Source: an uncultured Acidobacteriota bacterium
Lineage (GTDB): Bacteria > Acidobacteriota > UBA6911 > RPQK01 > JAPXNP01
Reading direction: 5' to 3'
DNA: 64,000 nt
Assembly (NCBI GenBank): GCA_963777605.1
Contig: CAVZRV010000030.1
Span: 288,001 to 352,000, forward strand
Every line of letters begins with the position of its first letter. The stretch's first letter is position 1. Shown piece after piece: positions 21,534 through 31,285 of this stretch. Made by a program: the position numbers and the translations under genes. The notes below the pieces were generated by a model that worked only from the letters and a program-made list of their open reading frames with translations, did no database searches and was not told where the DNA came from.

Positions 21534-22415
21534 CTACTTGCCCTGTGATTCCCGGTACCAGCGATCCAGTGTACTGGCGAACCTGCCCGGTGCCCTGGAA
21601 TCCATCCTGAAGTAGAGAGATGGCTCAATCAGCTCCAATTCCATGACGGCGAACCGGTTGTCTGCCATTCTAACCAGATCGACCCGGCCGTACAGAGGGG
21701 TCTCCGGGAGTGACCGAATGACTTGGTCGCCGGTCTCCAGGAGGGAAGGGGCGGGCTGAACCGGCAGGATTCTCCCCCCGTGCTCCTCTTGGACCCGGAA
21801 ATCTCCGGACTCCGGGGTCTTGAGGATGGCGTGGCTGAACTCCAGGCCAAAGTAGAAAAGGGAGTACTCTCCTTCGCTGACAACGGAGGACACGAACGGT
21901 TGAGCCAGAAAGCCCGATTCGCCGTAGGCCTGACTCAGCCTGTCCAGCATTCCTGAGACCTGAGGCCGGGAAATCCGGTAGGCGTGATCCGCGTTTGCGC
22001 CGACAATTGGCTTGAGTACCAGTTCCGGGGTCTTGAACTCTTCGAAAAGTTGCTCGACCCTGTCCTTCTCGACCGCACCACACCAGGTGGTGGGGACGAT
22101 GGGCAGGCCATGGTCACGGAGATCGGCCAGGTAACTCTTGCGCAGGTTCCACCGGACAGTGTCGAGCGAATTGAAGAGCAGCGCCGACGACTGCTCGATG
22201 CGTTCCATTGTTACGAGGAAGCGGGCCGGGTCGGCCTGGTAGTCCCAGGTCGAACGGATCACAATTACATCGAATTGGTCCCAATCGACGCCAGGGGCCC
22301 GCCAGTCGCAGGTAAACAGCTGCCAGCCCAGGGCTTCGAGAGGCCGGCGTGTCAGTTCGTCGTCGCAGACGAACCCTTCGAGATCGTGCATGGTCAGGTA
22401 GAGACAGCGCATCAT
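21534..22415 (-). CDS. ATP-grasp ligase (glutathione synthetase/RimK-like, DcsG-like subfamily)
   Basis: IRSTWDY, WN..KSYL, LKP, DFRVQEEHGG and MELELIEPSLYF motifs. Confidence 0.8.
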   Translation of the reverse strand: MMRCLYLTMHDLEGFVCDDELTRRPLEALGWQLFTCDWRAPGVDWDQFDVIVIRSTWDYQADPARFLVTMERIEQSSALLFNSLDTVRWNLRKSYLADLRDHGLPIVPTTWCGAVEKDRVEQLFEEFKTPELVLKPIVGANADHAYRISRPQVSGMLDRLSQAYGESGFLAQPFVSSVVSEGEYSLFYFGLEFSHAILKTPESGDFRVQEEHGGRILPVQPAPSLLETGDQVIRSLPETPLYGRVDLVRMADNRFAVMELELIEPSLYFRMDSRAPGRFASTLDRWYRESQGK

Positions 22416-22742
22416 GTTCCCGTCGCCCGTCCTGTTTTCCTGAAACCTGCGCAATTCCTTGAAAACACCAGCCGGGCAGGTGTTGCAGGGAATGGATCGG
22501 TGCAATAAACTGAATCCGTTCAATTTCTAACACAAATTCAGGTTGCGACGGACGAGGATTGCGCGTTCGAGGGGAGCGGGTACGGCGATTTGATTGGTCA
22601 TCAATCGAGGACATAGCTTGACCCTTTAGCGTCGGGGCAGGGGCTTGGAGGTTTGCCTCTGAGTGCGCCCGACAAACCCACTGGCAGGCTGATTCGCAGC
22701 CTGCGGGGCGGCGGTCGCCGCCTGAACAAGGAGGAATTCAAG

Positions 22743-23684
22743 ATGGATAAGAAGGTCACAGTTGTAGGTGCGGGACATGTGGGAGAGGTCACGGCACAGC
22801 GGATAGCCGAGAAAGAACTCGCTGACGTGGTGCTGATCGACGTCGTCGAGGGCATGCCCCAGGGCAAGGCCCTGGATTTGGCGGAGACCGGCCCGGTCGA
22901 GAAGTACGACTCGGGGATCACCGGCTCCAACAACTATGAAGACACCGCGGGTTCCGACGTAGTAGTGATTACGGCGGGGTTGCCCCGCAAACCGGGGATG
23001 AGCCGGGACGACCTGCTGATGAGCAACGCGAAAATCGTCAAGGCTGTCACCGAACAGGTTGCCAAGTACAGCCCTGAAGCGGTTCTGATCCTGGTGAGCA
23101 ACCCTCTCGATGCGATGTGTCACGTCGCCAAGGCCGTGAGCGGGTTCCCCCGCGAACGGGTCATCGGGATGGCGGGGATCCTCGATTCGGCGCGCTTCCG
23201 CTGCTTCATCTCGATGGAACTCGATGTTTCGGTCGAGAGCACCCACGCTTTCGTGCTCGGGGGACACGGCGACACGATGGTTCCGCTGGCCCGCTACTCA
23301 ACCGTGGCAGGCATTCCGCTGACTGAACTCCTGTCGGAAGACCGGCTTGCCGCACTGATCGAACGGACCCGGGCCGGTGGTGCCGAAATCGTCAAGCTGC
23401 TCAAGACGGGAAGTGCCTATTACGCTCCTTCGGCAGCGGCGACCGAGATGGTTGAGTCGATCCTGAAGAACAAGCGGAAGATCCTCCCTTGCGCCGCCTA
23501 CCTCGAAGGTGAATATGGAGTGAATGGCCTCTACCTCGGCGTGCCGATCAAGCTTGGCAGCGGTGGAATGGCACAGATCATCGAGATCGACCTGGCCGAC
23601 GAAGAAAAGGCGGCCCTGAACAAGTCGGCACAGGCAGTGCAGGACCTGGTCGATGTCCTGAAGAAGAACGACTACCCCGCCTGA
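22743..23684 (+). CDS. mdh: Malate dehydrogenase (LDH-like)
   Basis: [32 protein letters not shown] and GGHGD motifs. Confidence 0.96.
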   Translation: MDKKVTVVGAGHVGEVTAQRIAEKELADVVLIDVVEGMPQGKALDLAETGPVEKYDSGITGSNNYEDTAGSDVVVITAGLPRKPGMSRDDLLMSNAKIVKAVTEQVAKYSPEAVLILVSNPLDAMCHVAKAVSGFPRERVIGMAGILDSARFRCFISMELDVSVESTHAFVLGGHGDTMVPLARYSTVAGIPLTELLSEDRLAALIERTRAGGAEIVKLLKTGSAYYAPSAAATEMVESILKNKRKILPCAAYLEGEYGVNGLYLGVPIKLGSGGMAQIIEIDLADEEKAALNKSAQAVQDLVDVLKKNDYPA

Positions 23685-23698
23685 GAGTTCAAACTGCA

Positions 23699-23732
23699 GA
23701 GCCGGGGTCTACAGAGGGCCCCGGCTCCATTT
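23699..23732 (+). terminator. GC-rich hairpin after mdh (possible terminator)
   Basis: GAGCCGGGGTC/GGCCCCGGCTC stem between convergent genes, with only a weak U-tract. Confidence 0.45.
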
Positions 23733-23779
23733 CCCCGGCCGGCGCGAGCGCTCTGGGCTTGGCAGACAGTGCCGGAGGA

Positions 23780-24142
23780 TCACTCCACGAGTCCGGCTGC
23801 CAGTTGGGAATCTCCCCCTTCCGGGTCATCGGACAGCTTGACGGCCGTACCGTACACCATCATCTCCGCGGCTCCGGATAGGATTTCGGTAGTGGTGAAC
23901 CGGGTGCCGACGATGGCATCTGCGCCGAGATCTTCCGCCTCCTCAACCATCCGGTCCAATGCCTGCTCACGGGCTTCCGCCATCAGTTTGACGTATTCGT
24001 GGATCTCGCCTCCAACGAGGGTCCGGAATATCGCCAGGATGTCTCGTCCGACATGGCGCGCCCGGATCGCGTTTCCCCGCACAAGACCGAGGGTCGTGGT
24101 AATCCTCCGGCCGGCAATGACATGAGTCGTCACGACAATCAT
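23780..24142 (-). CDS. YbjQ/UPF0145 family protein
   Basis: LGLVRG...GRD...VGGE...Y..LM..AREQAL.RM...GADAIVG...MVYGTAV pattern. ATGA overlap with the upstream gene. Confidence 0.9.
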   Translation of the reverse strand: MIVVTTHVIAGRRITTTLGLVRGNAIRARHVGRDILAIFRTLVGGEIHEYVKLMAEAREQALDRMVEEAEDLGADAIVGTRFTTTEILSGAAEMMVYGTAVKLSDDPEGGDSQLAAGLVE

Positions 24143-24573
24143 TTCTGCACTCCTCGGTACCGGTCGGTGCGGCTCTCCCGAACCCGTTCCATCAGGACGG
24201 AGAAGAAAACCAGGGCCAACCCGAGAAATAACCCGAAAATAAGAATTTTCTGCAGCAAGGGTTCGTTGGGAGACAGGGCATAGTGGAGCGCACCGTAGGC
24301 AGTGGTTGCGATGGACCAAACGATAAGAATGATCCAGCCCACTCCACGGGTGGCTCGTTCCAGGATGTGCTCCTCCATCTCTTTCCACTCCTCTCGCGAG
24401 GGCTGCTCGACATCCAGTTGTTCGGCGGCCGCCTTCGCCAACTGCAGGTCTTCCAAAACCTCACGGCACGCCGGGCAGGAAGCCAGGTGAAGCTCTACCC
24501 TCTGGGCATCCTGCTGGGTAAGCTCACGGTCGATGTAGCCGGACAGCTTGACTTCGATTTGGTTGCAGTTCAT
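24139..24573 (-). CDS. Membrane-anchored ZAS anti-sigma factor
   Basis: MNC...LSGYID.EL...HLASCPAC motif and two C-terminal TM helices. Confidence 0.88.
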   Translation of the reverse strand: MNCNQIEVKLSGYIDRELTQQDAQRVELHLASCPACREVLEDLQLAKAAAEQLDVEQPSREEWKEMEEHILERATRGVGWIILIVWSIATTAYGALHYALSPNEPLLQKILIFGLFLGLALVFFSVLMERVRESRTDRYRGVQK

Positions 24574-25127
24574 GAGGCCCCTGCCCGCTCCTTCAACTGG
24601 GCGGCGAGGTTTCGCCGCGCGTGGTGCAGCCTGGACATGACGGTGCCGAGTGGAATGGACAGGATTTCCGCGATCTCCACGTAGCTGTGCCCCTGGTAGT
24701 CCTTGAGGAAAATGATCTCCCGATGGTCGGGACTCAACTGCTGGAGGGCCGTCCAGACCTCTTTCCGCAGGACCGCCTTGTCCGCCCGCACCGAAGACTT
24801 GTCCGGAAGTACGGGGGAGAGTTCCTGGGTCGCTGCCCGCTGTTTCTTGCGGATGGTGTCGATGCACTGGTTTCGCACGATCGTCAGCAGCCAGGGACCG
24901 AACTTGCGGGAGAGATCAAACCGGGAAAACTTGCGATAGGCCTTGATGAAAGCGTCCTGAATGACGTCCTTGGCGTCCTCGTAGTTGTGCAGGTACTGAA
25001 AGGCGAGGGCGAAAGCCTTTTCGCGGTGACGGGTGAACACTTCTCCATAAGCGTCGGTTTGGCCCTTGCGCACGAGTTCCAACAGTTTATCCTCCGTCAT
25101 GTCATGGAATGACTTTGACGATCTCAC
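24570..25127 (-). CDS. ECF RNA polymerase sigma-70 factor
   Basis: DAKDVIQDAF...F.PWL..I.RN...S Y.EIA...GTVMSRL. Start is GTG 25127 or ATG 25100. Confidence 0.92.
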   Translation of the reverse strand: MRSSKSFHDMTEDKLLELVRKGQTDAYGEVFTRHREKAFALAFQYLHNYEDAKDVIQDAFIKAYRKFSRFDLSRKFGPWLLTIVRNQCIDTIRKKQRAATQELSPVLPDKSSVRADKAVLRKEVWTALQQLSPDHREIIFLKDYQGHSYVEIAEILSIPLGTVMSRLHHARRNLAAQLKERAGAS

Positions 25128-25492
25128 TACGCCCGCGCCCTCCTCCTTATTCAAGAGTGAAATCATAATGTTTGAGACCAAGGATGAAAACAGGGAATGC
25201 GAAGAGGAGAAGGCGCCGGCGCCGCTGCCAGGCGGCTCAAGCAGCCCGGCGGGCCGGGCCAGGGCTTCCACATTGGAGGGGAGGTGAGTCGGGCATGTCC
25301 GGGCAAGGCCCACCGGCTACAGCTAGTATCTATCATAAAAATTGACATTGTGGGGAAACTATTTTGGCCCAAAGTTTACGTGTGTGTTTCTTTGGCTTTG
25401 GGACCTTTCAAGTTCTCCGCGAGCCGCCAGCTACGCGCCGGTCAGCTACTTCCTGGACAAGGGCCTGCTGGTGGAGGCACTGGCAGTCTGAG

Positions 25493-26524
25493 TCAGACGG
25501 CGAGTGTCGTGACTCTCGAACGCCCCTCCGGGTGGTCGGGGTGGCCTCCCAGATGAACCGTGCGAAAGAATGCATAGAGGTGGCTGAGATGCAGCAGGGC
25601 AGCCACTTCAACCTCCGACGCAGCCAGCTTGCAGGTCTGGTTCAAGGTGAACTCGACCTGGTTCTGCAGTGACTCGGGGAGACAGGAGCCTGCAAGCAGG
25701 ACTTTTGCACCCCGGTTTCTGAAATCGGGAATCACCTCTCCCAGGAGGGGGACGTCAGCCCGTCCCGAGAACAGCCAGACAAGAGAATCGCTGTTCAGGA
25801 CGCGCTGGTTCCCATGCCGAAACTCGAATGTCTGGACTGCCAGAGCCGGGAGGCCGGTCATTTCAGTGAGTTTTAGAGCGGACTCGCGGGCAAGCGGCAG
25901 GAATGGGCCGGTGCCGAGAAAGACCACTTGCGAGAAGTGAAGTCGGGCCAGTTCCTCGATGGAGTCCGAGTGGCGCCTCAGGCTTTCAGCGATGATCCCG
26001 GGAAGCTTCCGGATTTCCCGTCCCGCACCCGCCCAGATCAGGAATGCCGCCAGGATCCCTGTGAAGGCGCGGGTCATGATGCTGCTCTCCTCCTGCGCCT
26101 CTGCTATGACTACCGGACGGGAGGACAAGCGGGCCAGGGTAGAGTCGGCATAACAGGTCACCGGGATGATCGGAAAGCCCTGGCGCTCCCGGGCCACGTG
26201 AAGCGCCCGGATCGTTTCGGTCGTCTCTCCGGTTCGGCTGAATCCCAGCACCAGCGTCCGGCGATCCTCTTCGAAACAGGATTCCGGGCGCAGCAGAAGC
26301 TCGGAAGCCGGGAACGCCCGGCAGGGGAGCCCGAGCCGCAATCGCCAGGAGTGGGCGATCGTTTGAGCCAGAAACAGGGAGGAGCCACAGCCCGTCAGGA
26401 CAATGCGTTCACTCGACCAGAGGTCCGCAGGTGGGGCAGGCCATCGATCGATGATCGGCCCGATAATTTCTCCCTGTGAAAGTATTTCATTGTAAGTAGC
26501 AAAGGAACGGTAATTCCCGGTCAT
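25493..26524 (-). CDS. SIS-domain amino-sugar phosphate isomerase/deaminase (AgaS/GlmS-C-like)
   Basis: TGCGSS, SRTGETTET, ESALKLTE and EFRHG motifs. Confidence 0.85.
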   Translation of the reverse strand: MTGNYRSFATYNEILSQGEIIGPIIDRWPAPPADLWSSERIVLTGCGSSLFLAQTIAHSWRLRLGLPCRAFPASELLLRPESCFEEDRRTLVLGFSRTGETTETIRALHVARERQGFPIIPVTCYADSTLARLSSRPVVIAEAQEESSIMTRAFTGILAAFLIWAGAGREIRKLPGIIAESLRRHSDSIEELARLHFSQVVFLGTGPFLPLARESALKLTEMTGLPALAVQTFEFRHGNQRVLNSDSLVWLFSGRADVPLLGEVIPDFRNRGAKVLLAGSCLPESLQNQVEFTLNQTCKLAASEVEVAALLHLSHLYAFFRTVHLGGHPDHPEGRSRVTTLAV

Positions 26525-26533
26525 TGGATTCCT

Positions 26534-27409
26534 TCAGATTTCACCAAGTACGGCCCGCAAACTGGAAGTCTCCGACAGCCGCCGCCGCGCTTCTTCATGG
26601 CCGATACCCAGCTTGATCATGGCTATCGCAGTCTTCACGCTGCGGGTTTCCCGAAGTGTCTTGTCGGCAATTTCGGCAGTGCAGCTTGTGACGGCCTGAA
26701 TGATCCCCTGTCCCCGGCAGACCAGTTTATCGTTGGTTAACTGGACATTCACCATGAGGTTCTCGTAGACATAGCCAAGCCGCACCATGACGCACGTGCT
26801 GAGCATGTTGAGAATCATCTTTTGAGCGGTGCCCGCCTTTAGGCGAGTCGAGCCGGCAATCACTTCGGGGCCGCTATCGACCTCGATCGCAATGTCCGCG
26901 ATTCTGCCCAATTCCGATCCGGGGCAACAGGAGATGCCGACAGTCAGCGCGCCGGCCCTGGAGCCGTAACGCACCGCTGCGCAGGTATATGGGGTCCGGC
27001 CGCTCGCGGCCAGTCCGACAATTGTGTCGTCGGAACCCGGATTCAACGTTCCAAGGTCTTTTTCCGCTCCTGGACCGGAGTCTTCCGACCCTTCGACCGC
27101 GTGAAAGATCGCATCGGTTCCACCTGCCAGAATTCCGGTGACGAGGCTGGGTGAAACGCCGAACGTGGGAGGGCACTCGACCGCGTCCAGGACTCCGAGG
27201 CGTCCGCTGGTTCCCGCCCCGACATAGATGAGCCGGCCGCCACGGGATAGGCGCGCAGCGATTCGGTCAACAGCGTCCGCGATCGCTGGCAGAACTTTTC
27301 CGACCGCTTCAGCGACGGTTTGGTCCTCCGTATTGATTAACTCGAGAGCCTTCAGAGTCTCAACCCGGTCGATTTGTGTCGTTCTCGGATTTCTTTCTTC
27401 TGTCCTCAT
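26534..27409 (-). CDS. murQ: N-acetylmuramic acid 6-phosphate etherase
   Basis: TEERNP, GAGTSGRLGVLDA.ECPPTF and GPEVIAGSTRLKAGTAQK motifs. Confidence 0.96.
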   Translation of the reverse strand: MRTEERNPRTTQIDRVETLKALELINTEDQTVAEAVGKVLPAIADAVDRIAARLSRGGRLIYVGAGTSGRLGVLDAVECPPTFGVSPSLVTGILAGGTDAIFHAVEGSEDSGPGAEKDLGTLNPGSDDTIVGLAASGRTPYTCAAVRYGSRAGALTVGISCCPGSELGRIADIAIEVDSGPEVIAGSTRLKAGTAQKMILNMLSTCVMVRLGYVYENLMVNVQLTNDKLVCRGQGIIQAVTSCTAEIADKTLRETRSVKTAIAMIKLGIGHEEARRRLSETSSLRAVLGEI

Positions 27410-27601
27410 TTACTGTTCCATCGAAGATCGAAGGATAACTGACCACTCATTATAGCGGTCCGGCTGTGCCAGTACGCGAATGCATATTGCCTTGCCCAGA
27501 CCTCGACCCGGGCAACGCCAGGTGGGGCGCGTGCCAGAGCTTGCATGAGAATGGCGTCGCCTCCCGGAAAAGTGGTGTGGGCAGTCGGCCGAGGAAGTCA
27601 C

Positions 27602-27630
27602 TTGCCACCCGGCCCCGGGACTCTTAAACT
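27602..27630 (+). promoter_or_regulatory. Putative sigma70 promoter
   Basis: TTGCCA-N17-TAAACT about 60 nt upstream of the GGAGG/ATG at 27689. Confidence 0.5.
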
Positions 27631-27688
27631 AGAATGTATTGAAAGATGCCCACGTTGATTTCTAACCACTTCTTCAGAGGAGGCACGC

Positions 27689-28825
27689 ATGGTAATTCGC
27701 CAGGATGTAAAGGAACTTTTGTCTCGTGGGAGTCGGAATGGTCAGCGTATCTTAAGTGTCTATCTGGATATTGACCAGGGCCGGGCCCTGAATCTGAACC
27801 GGGGATTCGAGGCCGTCTTTAAAAGTATGGTCCAAGGTGTCGATCGCACCCTGGACGATTCCCAGAGAAAGACCTTTGCAGAAGCGGCCCGACGGGCGGG
27901 ATCGTTTCTTGCGGCTTACGCCCCTTCGGGGAAGAGCCTCGTCTACTTCGGTGATTCCGGCGGGGAGTTCGAATGGAACCGGAGCCTGGGCGTGTCGCTC
28001 GAAAGCAAAGTCTGCTGGGCTTCTCGCCCCTGTGTACGTCCGCTCCTGGAGGCCCGGGACGAGCACGAGCGCTCGGGGATCATTCTGACCGATCGGGCTC
28101 ACGCGAGGTTTTTCACCGTCTTCCTCGGTGACATTGAAGAGAAGGAGGCGGCTCTGGCGGCGGCCGATGTCAAGAAGTTCGATGCTTCGGGCAGCGACCA
28201 GATGCGGTCGCAGATGAATTTTCAAAGGAAAGCGGACGAACACGCCCGCTGGCATCTGAAACACGTGGCTGAGATCGCCGATCGCCTGTTTGTCAGTGAG
28301 CGACTGGACCGGGTCGTTCTCGCCGGAACCCAGGAGGCGGTGAGCGAATTGAAGGGCATTCTGACCGAGCGGGTCAAGAAGAGCCTGGTCGGAACCTTGT
28401 CCCTGCCGATTGAAGTGGGAGCGACCGAGGTGCTTTCGGAGACCATGGGGCTTTTTCAAAATGCCGAGCGGGAGACCGAGAACAATCTCGTTGCGACCCT
28501 TTTGACTGCCGCGGCGAAGAACCACCAGGCCGTCAAAGGGCTTGAACCAACCCTCTCCGCCCTTTCCGAGGGGCGCATTCGACAGTTGCTCTACGGGGCC
28601 GCCCTCGAAGTCGAGGGGGGACACTGCCCGGACTGCGACAAACTGGTCGATGCCCCGGAGAAGTGCCCTGTCTGCCAGACTCCACTCGGGGCCGTAGACG
28701 ACCTTCTCGAAGCCGTGGTTTCACGGGTGTTCGAGGAGGGCGGCGAGATCGAACAGTTGAGAGGCTCTGCCTCTACCAGGCTGGTTGAAGAGGGAGGCGG
28801 TATTGGCGCGTTTCTGCGGTTCTAG
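27689..28825 (+). CDS. Bacterial eRF1-like (baeRF/VLRF1) release-factor family protein with zinc ribbon
   Basis: ILSVYLD N-domain, DRAHARFF, the loop SQMNFQRKADE, an eRF1 domain 3 with CPDC...CPVC, and the GGIGAFLRF C-terminus. Confidence 0.8.
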   Translation: MVIRQDVKELLSRGSRNGQRILSVYLDIDQGRALNLNRGFEAVFKSMVQGVDRTLDDSQRKTFAEAARRAGSFLAAYAPSGKSLVYFGDSGGEFEWNRSLGVSLESKVCWASRPCVRPLLEARDEHERSGIILTDRAHARFFTVFLGDIEEKEAALAAADVKKFDASGSDQMRSQMNFQRKADEHARWHLKHVAEIADRLFVSERLDRVVLAGTQEAVSELKGILTERVKKSLVGTLSLPIEVGATEVLSETMGLFQNAERETENNLVATLLTAAAKNHQAVKGLEPTLSALSEGRIRQLLYGAALEVEGGHCPDCDKLVDAPEKCPVCQTPLGAVDDLLEAVVSRVFEEGGEIEQLRGSASTRLVEEGGGIGAFLRF

Positions 28826-28888
28826 CGCCCGCTGGCGAAGCGCCTCTATTGTGATCGTGCCTCAGATTAATTGAACTGGGAGGTTGAT

Positions 28889-29347
28889 ATGCTGCCCGTT
28901 CGCCTAATCCTGGCCCCGACCGATTTCAGCGAGATCTCGGTGAAGACGGTGGCCTCTGCCAGTGAGCTCGCCGAGCACTTCGGTGCCGACCTGTTGATCG
29001 TTCACGTGATCCCGCCGGTTCCGACCCTTCCTTCCGATCCGAATTACAGCTTCGAGGTTCCGGCTTACCAGGAGGCGCTTCGCGAAAGCGCTGAACGGCG
29101 GCTCCAGGAGGCGGTGCAGACTCAGGTCACCGGCGCCGTCCATTCGCGTACCTCGGTGAGTCACGGCGATCCCGCCCGGGAGATCGTCCGGATTGCCGCC
29201 GAGGAGTCTGTAGACTTGATCGTGATTGCGACACACGGATTGACCGGGTGGCAGCATATTGTGTTTGGGTCGGTGGCTGAAAAGGTTGTGAGGACGGCCA
29301 AGTGTCCAGTTTTGACGGTCCGTGGGGATTTGCAGGAGGAAGCCTGA
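28889..29347 (+). CDS. Universal stress protein
   Basis: ILAPTDFS and DLIVIATHG..G...FGSVAEKVV...CPVL motifs. GGGAGG RBS. Confidence 0.93.
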   Translation: MLPVRLILAPTDFSEISVKTVASASELAEHFGADLLIVHVIPPVPTLPSDPNYSFEVPAYQEALRESAERRLQEAVQTQVTGAVHSRTSVSHGDPAREIVRIAAEESVDLIVIATHGLTGWQHIVFGSVAEKVVRTAKCPVLTVRGDLQEEA

Positions 29348-29459
29348 TCAGGGCGGTTTTCGACTTTTAGGCTCCTGGGTTTCCATGAGGACAACGAAGA
29401 TGAAAAAGGGTGATTCAAGATACAGTCCCGGACGGCCGAATCGGCTAGTCTGGGTTCCG

Positions 29460-30155
29460 ATGAGCGCAGCCAAATTATCAATCCTGTTGCTCGTGGGGAT
29501 GCCTTTTCTCGGCGCTCAGTCCGAGAAGACCTCCCCACCTGAGGCACCGAAACAGGAAGCAGTCCAGCAACAGAAGGAACAACCGTCGCTCCTCGATCTT
29601 GCAAAGCGGGAGCGCGACCGGCGTACCCATTCGGACGAATCAGTTCCGGTCCTGCGCAATGAGGATCTCTCGCGGCTGAAGTCGGCCAGGGTCGTCACGA
29701 GTCAGGCTCCGCGTGGAAAACCGGGCCCGGGTCAAGAGGCTTCCGAAGAGGTGGCTGAGCCGGCTACTCTGGGAGAGGAGGCCGCAGCTGCTGAAGTCCT
29801 CGACCTGGATTACTGGCGGGCTGCTTTCGACGAGGCCAAGCTTGGTCTTCAGAACGCAATCAATCGCCGGATGGTCCTCGAATTGAGGATGAACAATCTT
29901 CGGAATGCCTATCTGCAGACCGCAGACGGGTCAACCCGGGAGCGAATCGAGTCGGAGCTCAACCAGACCTACCTGGAAATCGGACAGGCTCGAGAGGATG
30001 AAAAAGCAGCCCTCCAGGTGGTCCAGGAGTTGGATCGCCAGGCCAGCAAGGCCGGGCTGACCCCGGGGCAAATCCGCGATTTGGTCGGCGAGCTGCCTGA
30101 GTCCAAGTCGGTCTTCGACGGGGTTCCACAGGCGCAGATCAACCCGGAATCCTGA
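29460..30155 (+). CDS. Hypothetical exported coiled-coil protein
   Basis: Signal-like MSAAKLSILLLVGMPFLGA, then SLLDLAKRER...LRNEDL and long helices. Start uncertain. Confidence 0.65.
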   Translation: MSAAKLSILLLVGMPFLGAQSEKTSPPEAPKQEAVQQQKEQPSLLDLAKRERDRRTHSDESVPVLRNEDLSRLKSARVVTSQAPRGKPGPGQEASEEVAEPATLGEEAAAAEVLDLDYWRAAFDEAKLGLQNAINRRMVLELRMNNLRNAYLQTADGSTRERIESELNQTYLEIGQAREDEKAALQVVQELDRQASKAGLTPGQIRDLVGELPESKSVFDGVPQAQINPES

Positions 30156-30267
30156 TCGGGAACAGGCCCCTGCAGGGTCGGGACGGTTGATTTCGGTGCG
30201 GTGAAAGCACTCAGCCTCGCCATTTGCCGGCGACGCAGGGATCCGGCCGAAGACGGCCAGGCGGGTT

Positions 30268-31245
30268 CTAGAGGTGCCTGTTGTCTTGGTACCACTGGAT
30301 CGTCTCGGGCAACCACTGTTCCCACGAACGGTAGTGGAGTCCCAGTTCGCGAGTGGCCCGCGAGCCATCGACCTGAAATCCGTGGCTGAGCAGCCGATAG
30401 TTCTCCCGTGCCAACCGTGGGGGACGACCGGTCATCCGGGAGACGAATTCCCCGGCTCCCGCATAGGCTCCGGCGACCCATCCGGGACCGATCCGCGGCA
30501 TCTTGCGGTTGGCGAGGCGACAGGCCAGGCCGAAGAACTGGGCTGTCGATACCGCCCTTTCAGAGAGGATGTAGCGCCTGCCGGGAGTCCCCTCGGTCTC
30601 CGCCAGGATGTGTCCCTCCGCCACGTCTTTCCGGTGGACGATGCTCCAGGAACCGCGGAATAGCATCGGGATTCGGCCCGCCAGTACGTCTACCAGGCTC
30701 CGCCCCGAAGGCTTGAAATCGCCGGCACCGTAGACCGCGGCCGGGTTGACGCAAATCACGGCCAATCCCTGATCGACAAACGAGAGGGCCTGGCGCTCCG
30801 CCTCGAACTTTGCCCGTTCATAGTGGCCCAGGAAGTAGCCCCGGTGGGTGGTCTTTTCGTTTCCGGTTTGCCCCCGGGGTTCCCCGATTGTCAGCGCAGT
30901 GCTGGTGTAGATGACTTTTTCGACGCCGGACCGCAGGCAGGCTTCCAGGACGGATTGCGTGCCTTCAACCTCGGTGCGCCTCAGTTCTTCCGGTTCGGGA
31001 ACCCAGAAGTCGTAGAGGGCGGCTGCGTGATAAACGACGTTGCAGTCGGCCACCGCATTGAGGACAGATTCTGCGTCAAGAATGTCGCCCCGGAAGATCT
31101 CGGCACCCAGTTGCTCCAAGGGGGAAACTCGGCTGGTAGGCCGGGCCAGCACGCGAACCTGACGTCCGCGCCGGATAAGATTTTCGACGATCGCACCCCC
31201 GACAAAACCTGTACCGCCGGTCACTAGTGTCCTGTCACGCATCAT
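30268..31245 (-). CDS. NAD-dependent epimerase/dehydratase (extended SDR, HpnA/DFR-like), 5' end altered by MITE
   Basis: LVTGGTGFVG, HAAA and YERAK (YxxxK) motifs. The current ATG lies inside the inserted element. Confidence 0.88.
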   Translation of the reverse strand: MMRDRTLVTGGTGFVGGAIVENLIRRGRQVRVLARPTSRVSPLEQLGAEIFRGDILDAESVLNAVADCNVVYHAAALYDFWVPEPEELRRTEVEGTQSVLEACLRSGVEKVIYTSTALTIGEPRGQTGNEKTTHRGYFLGHYERAKFEAERQALSFVDQGLAVICVNPAAVYGAGDFKPSGRSLVDVLAGRIPMLFRGSWSIVHRKDVAEGHILAETEGTPGRRYILSERAVSTAQFFGLACRLANRKMPRIGPGWVAGAYAGAGEFVSRMTGRPPRLARENYRLLSHGFQVDGSRATRELGLHYRSWEQWLPETIQWYQDNRHL

Positions 31246-31285
31246 ATGGCACTTTCAGAGCCCCGCATTCGGGCCAGGACACTAG
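31224..31285. mobile_element. MITE copy 2, CTAG-flanked
   Basis: Perfect inverted ends CTAGTGTCCTG/CAGGACACTAG. Removing 58 bp restores the in-frame GGAAGGAG-N5-TTG AAG ACA CTA GTG ACC GGC start. Confidence 0.8.
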
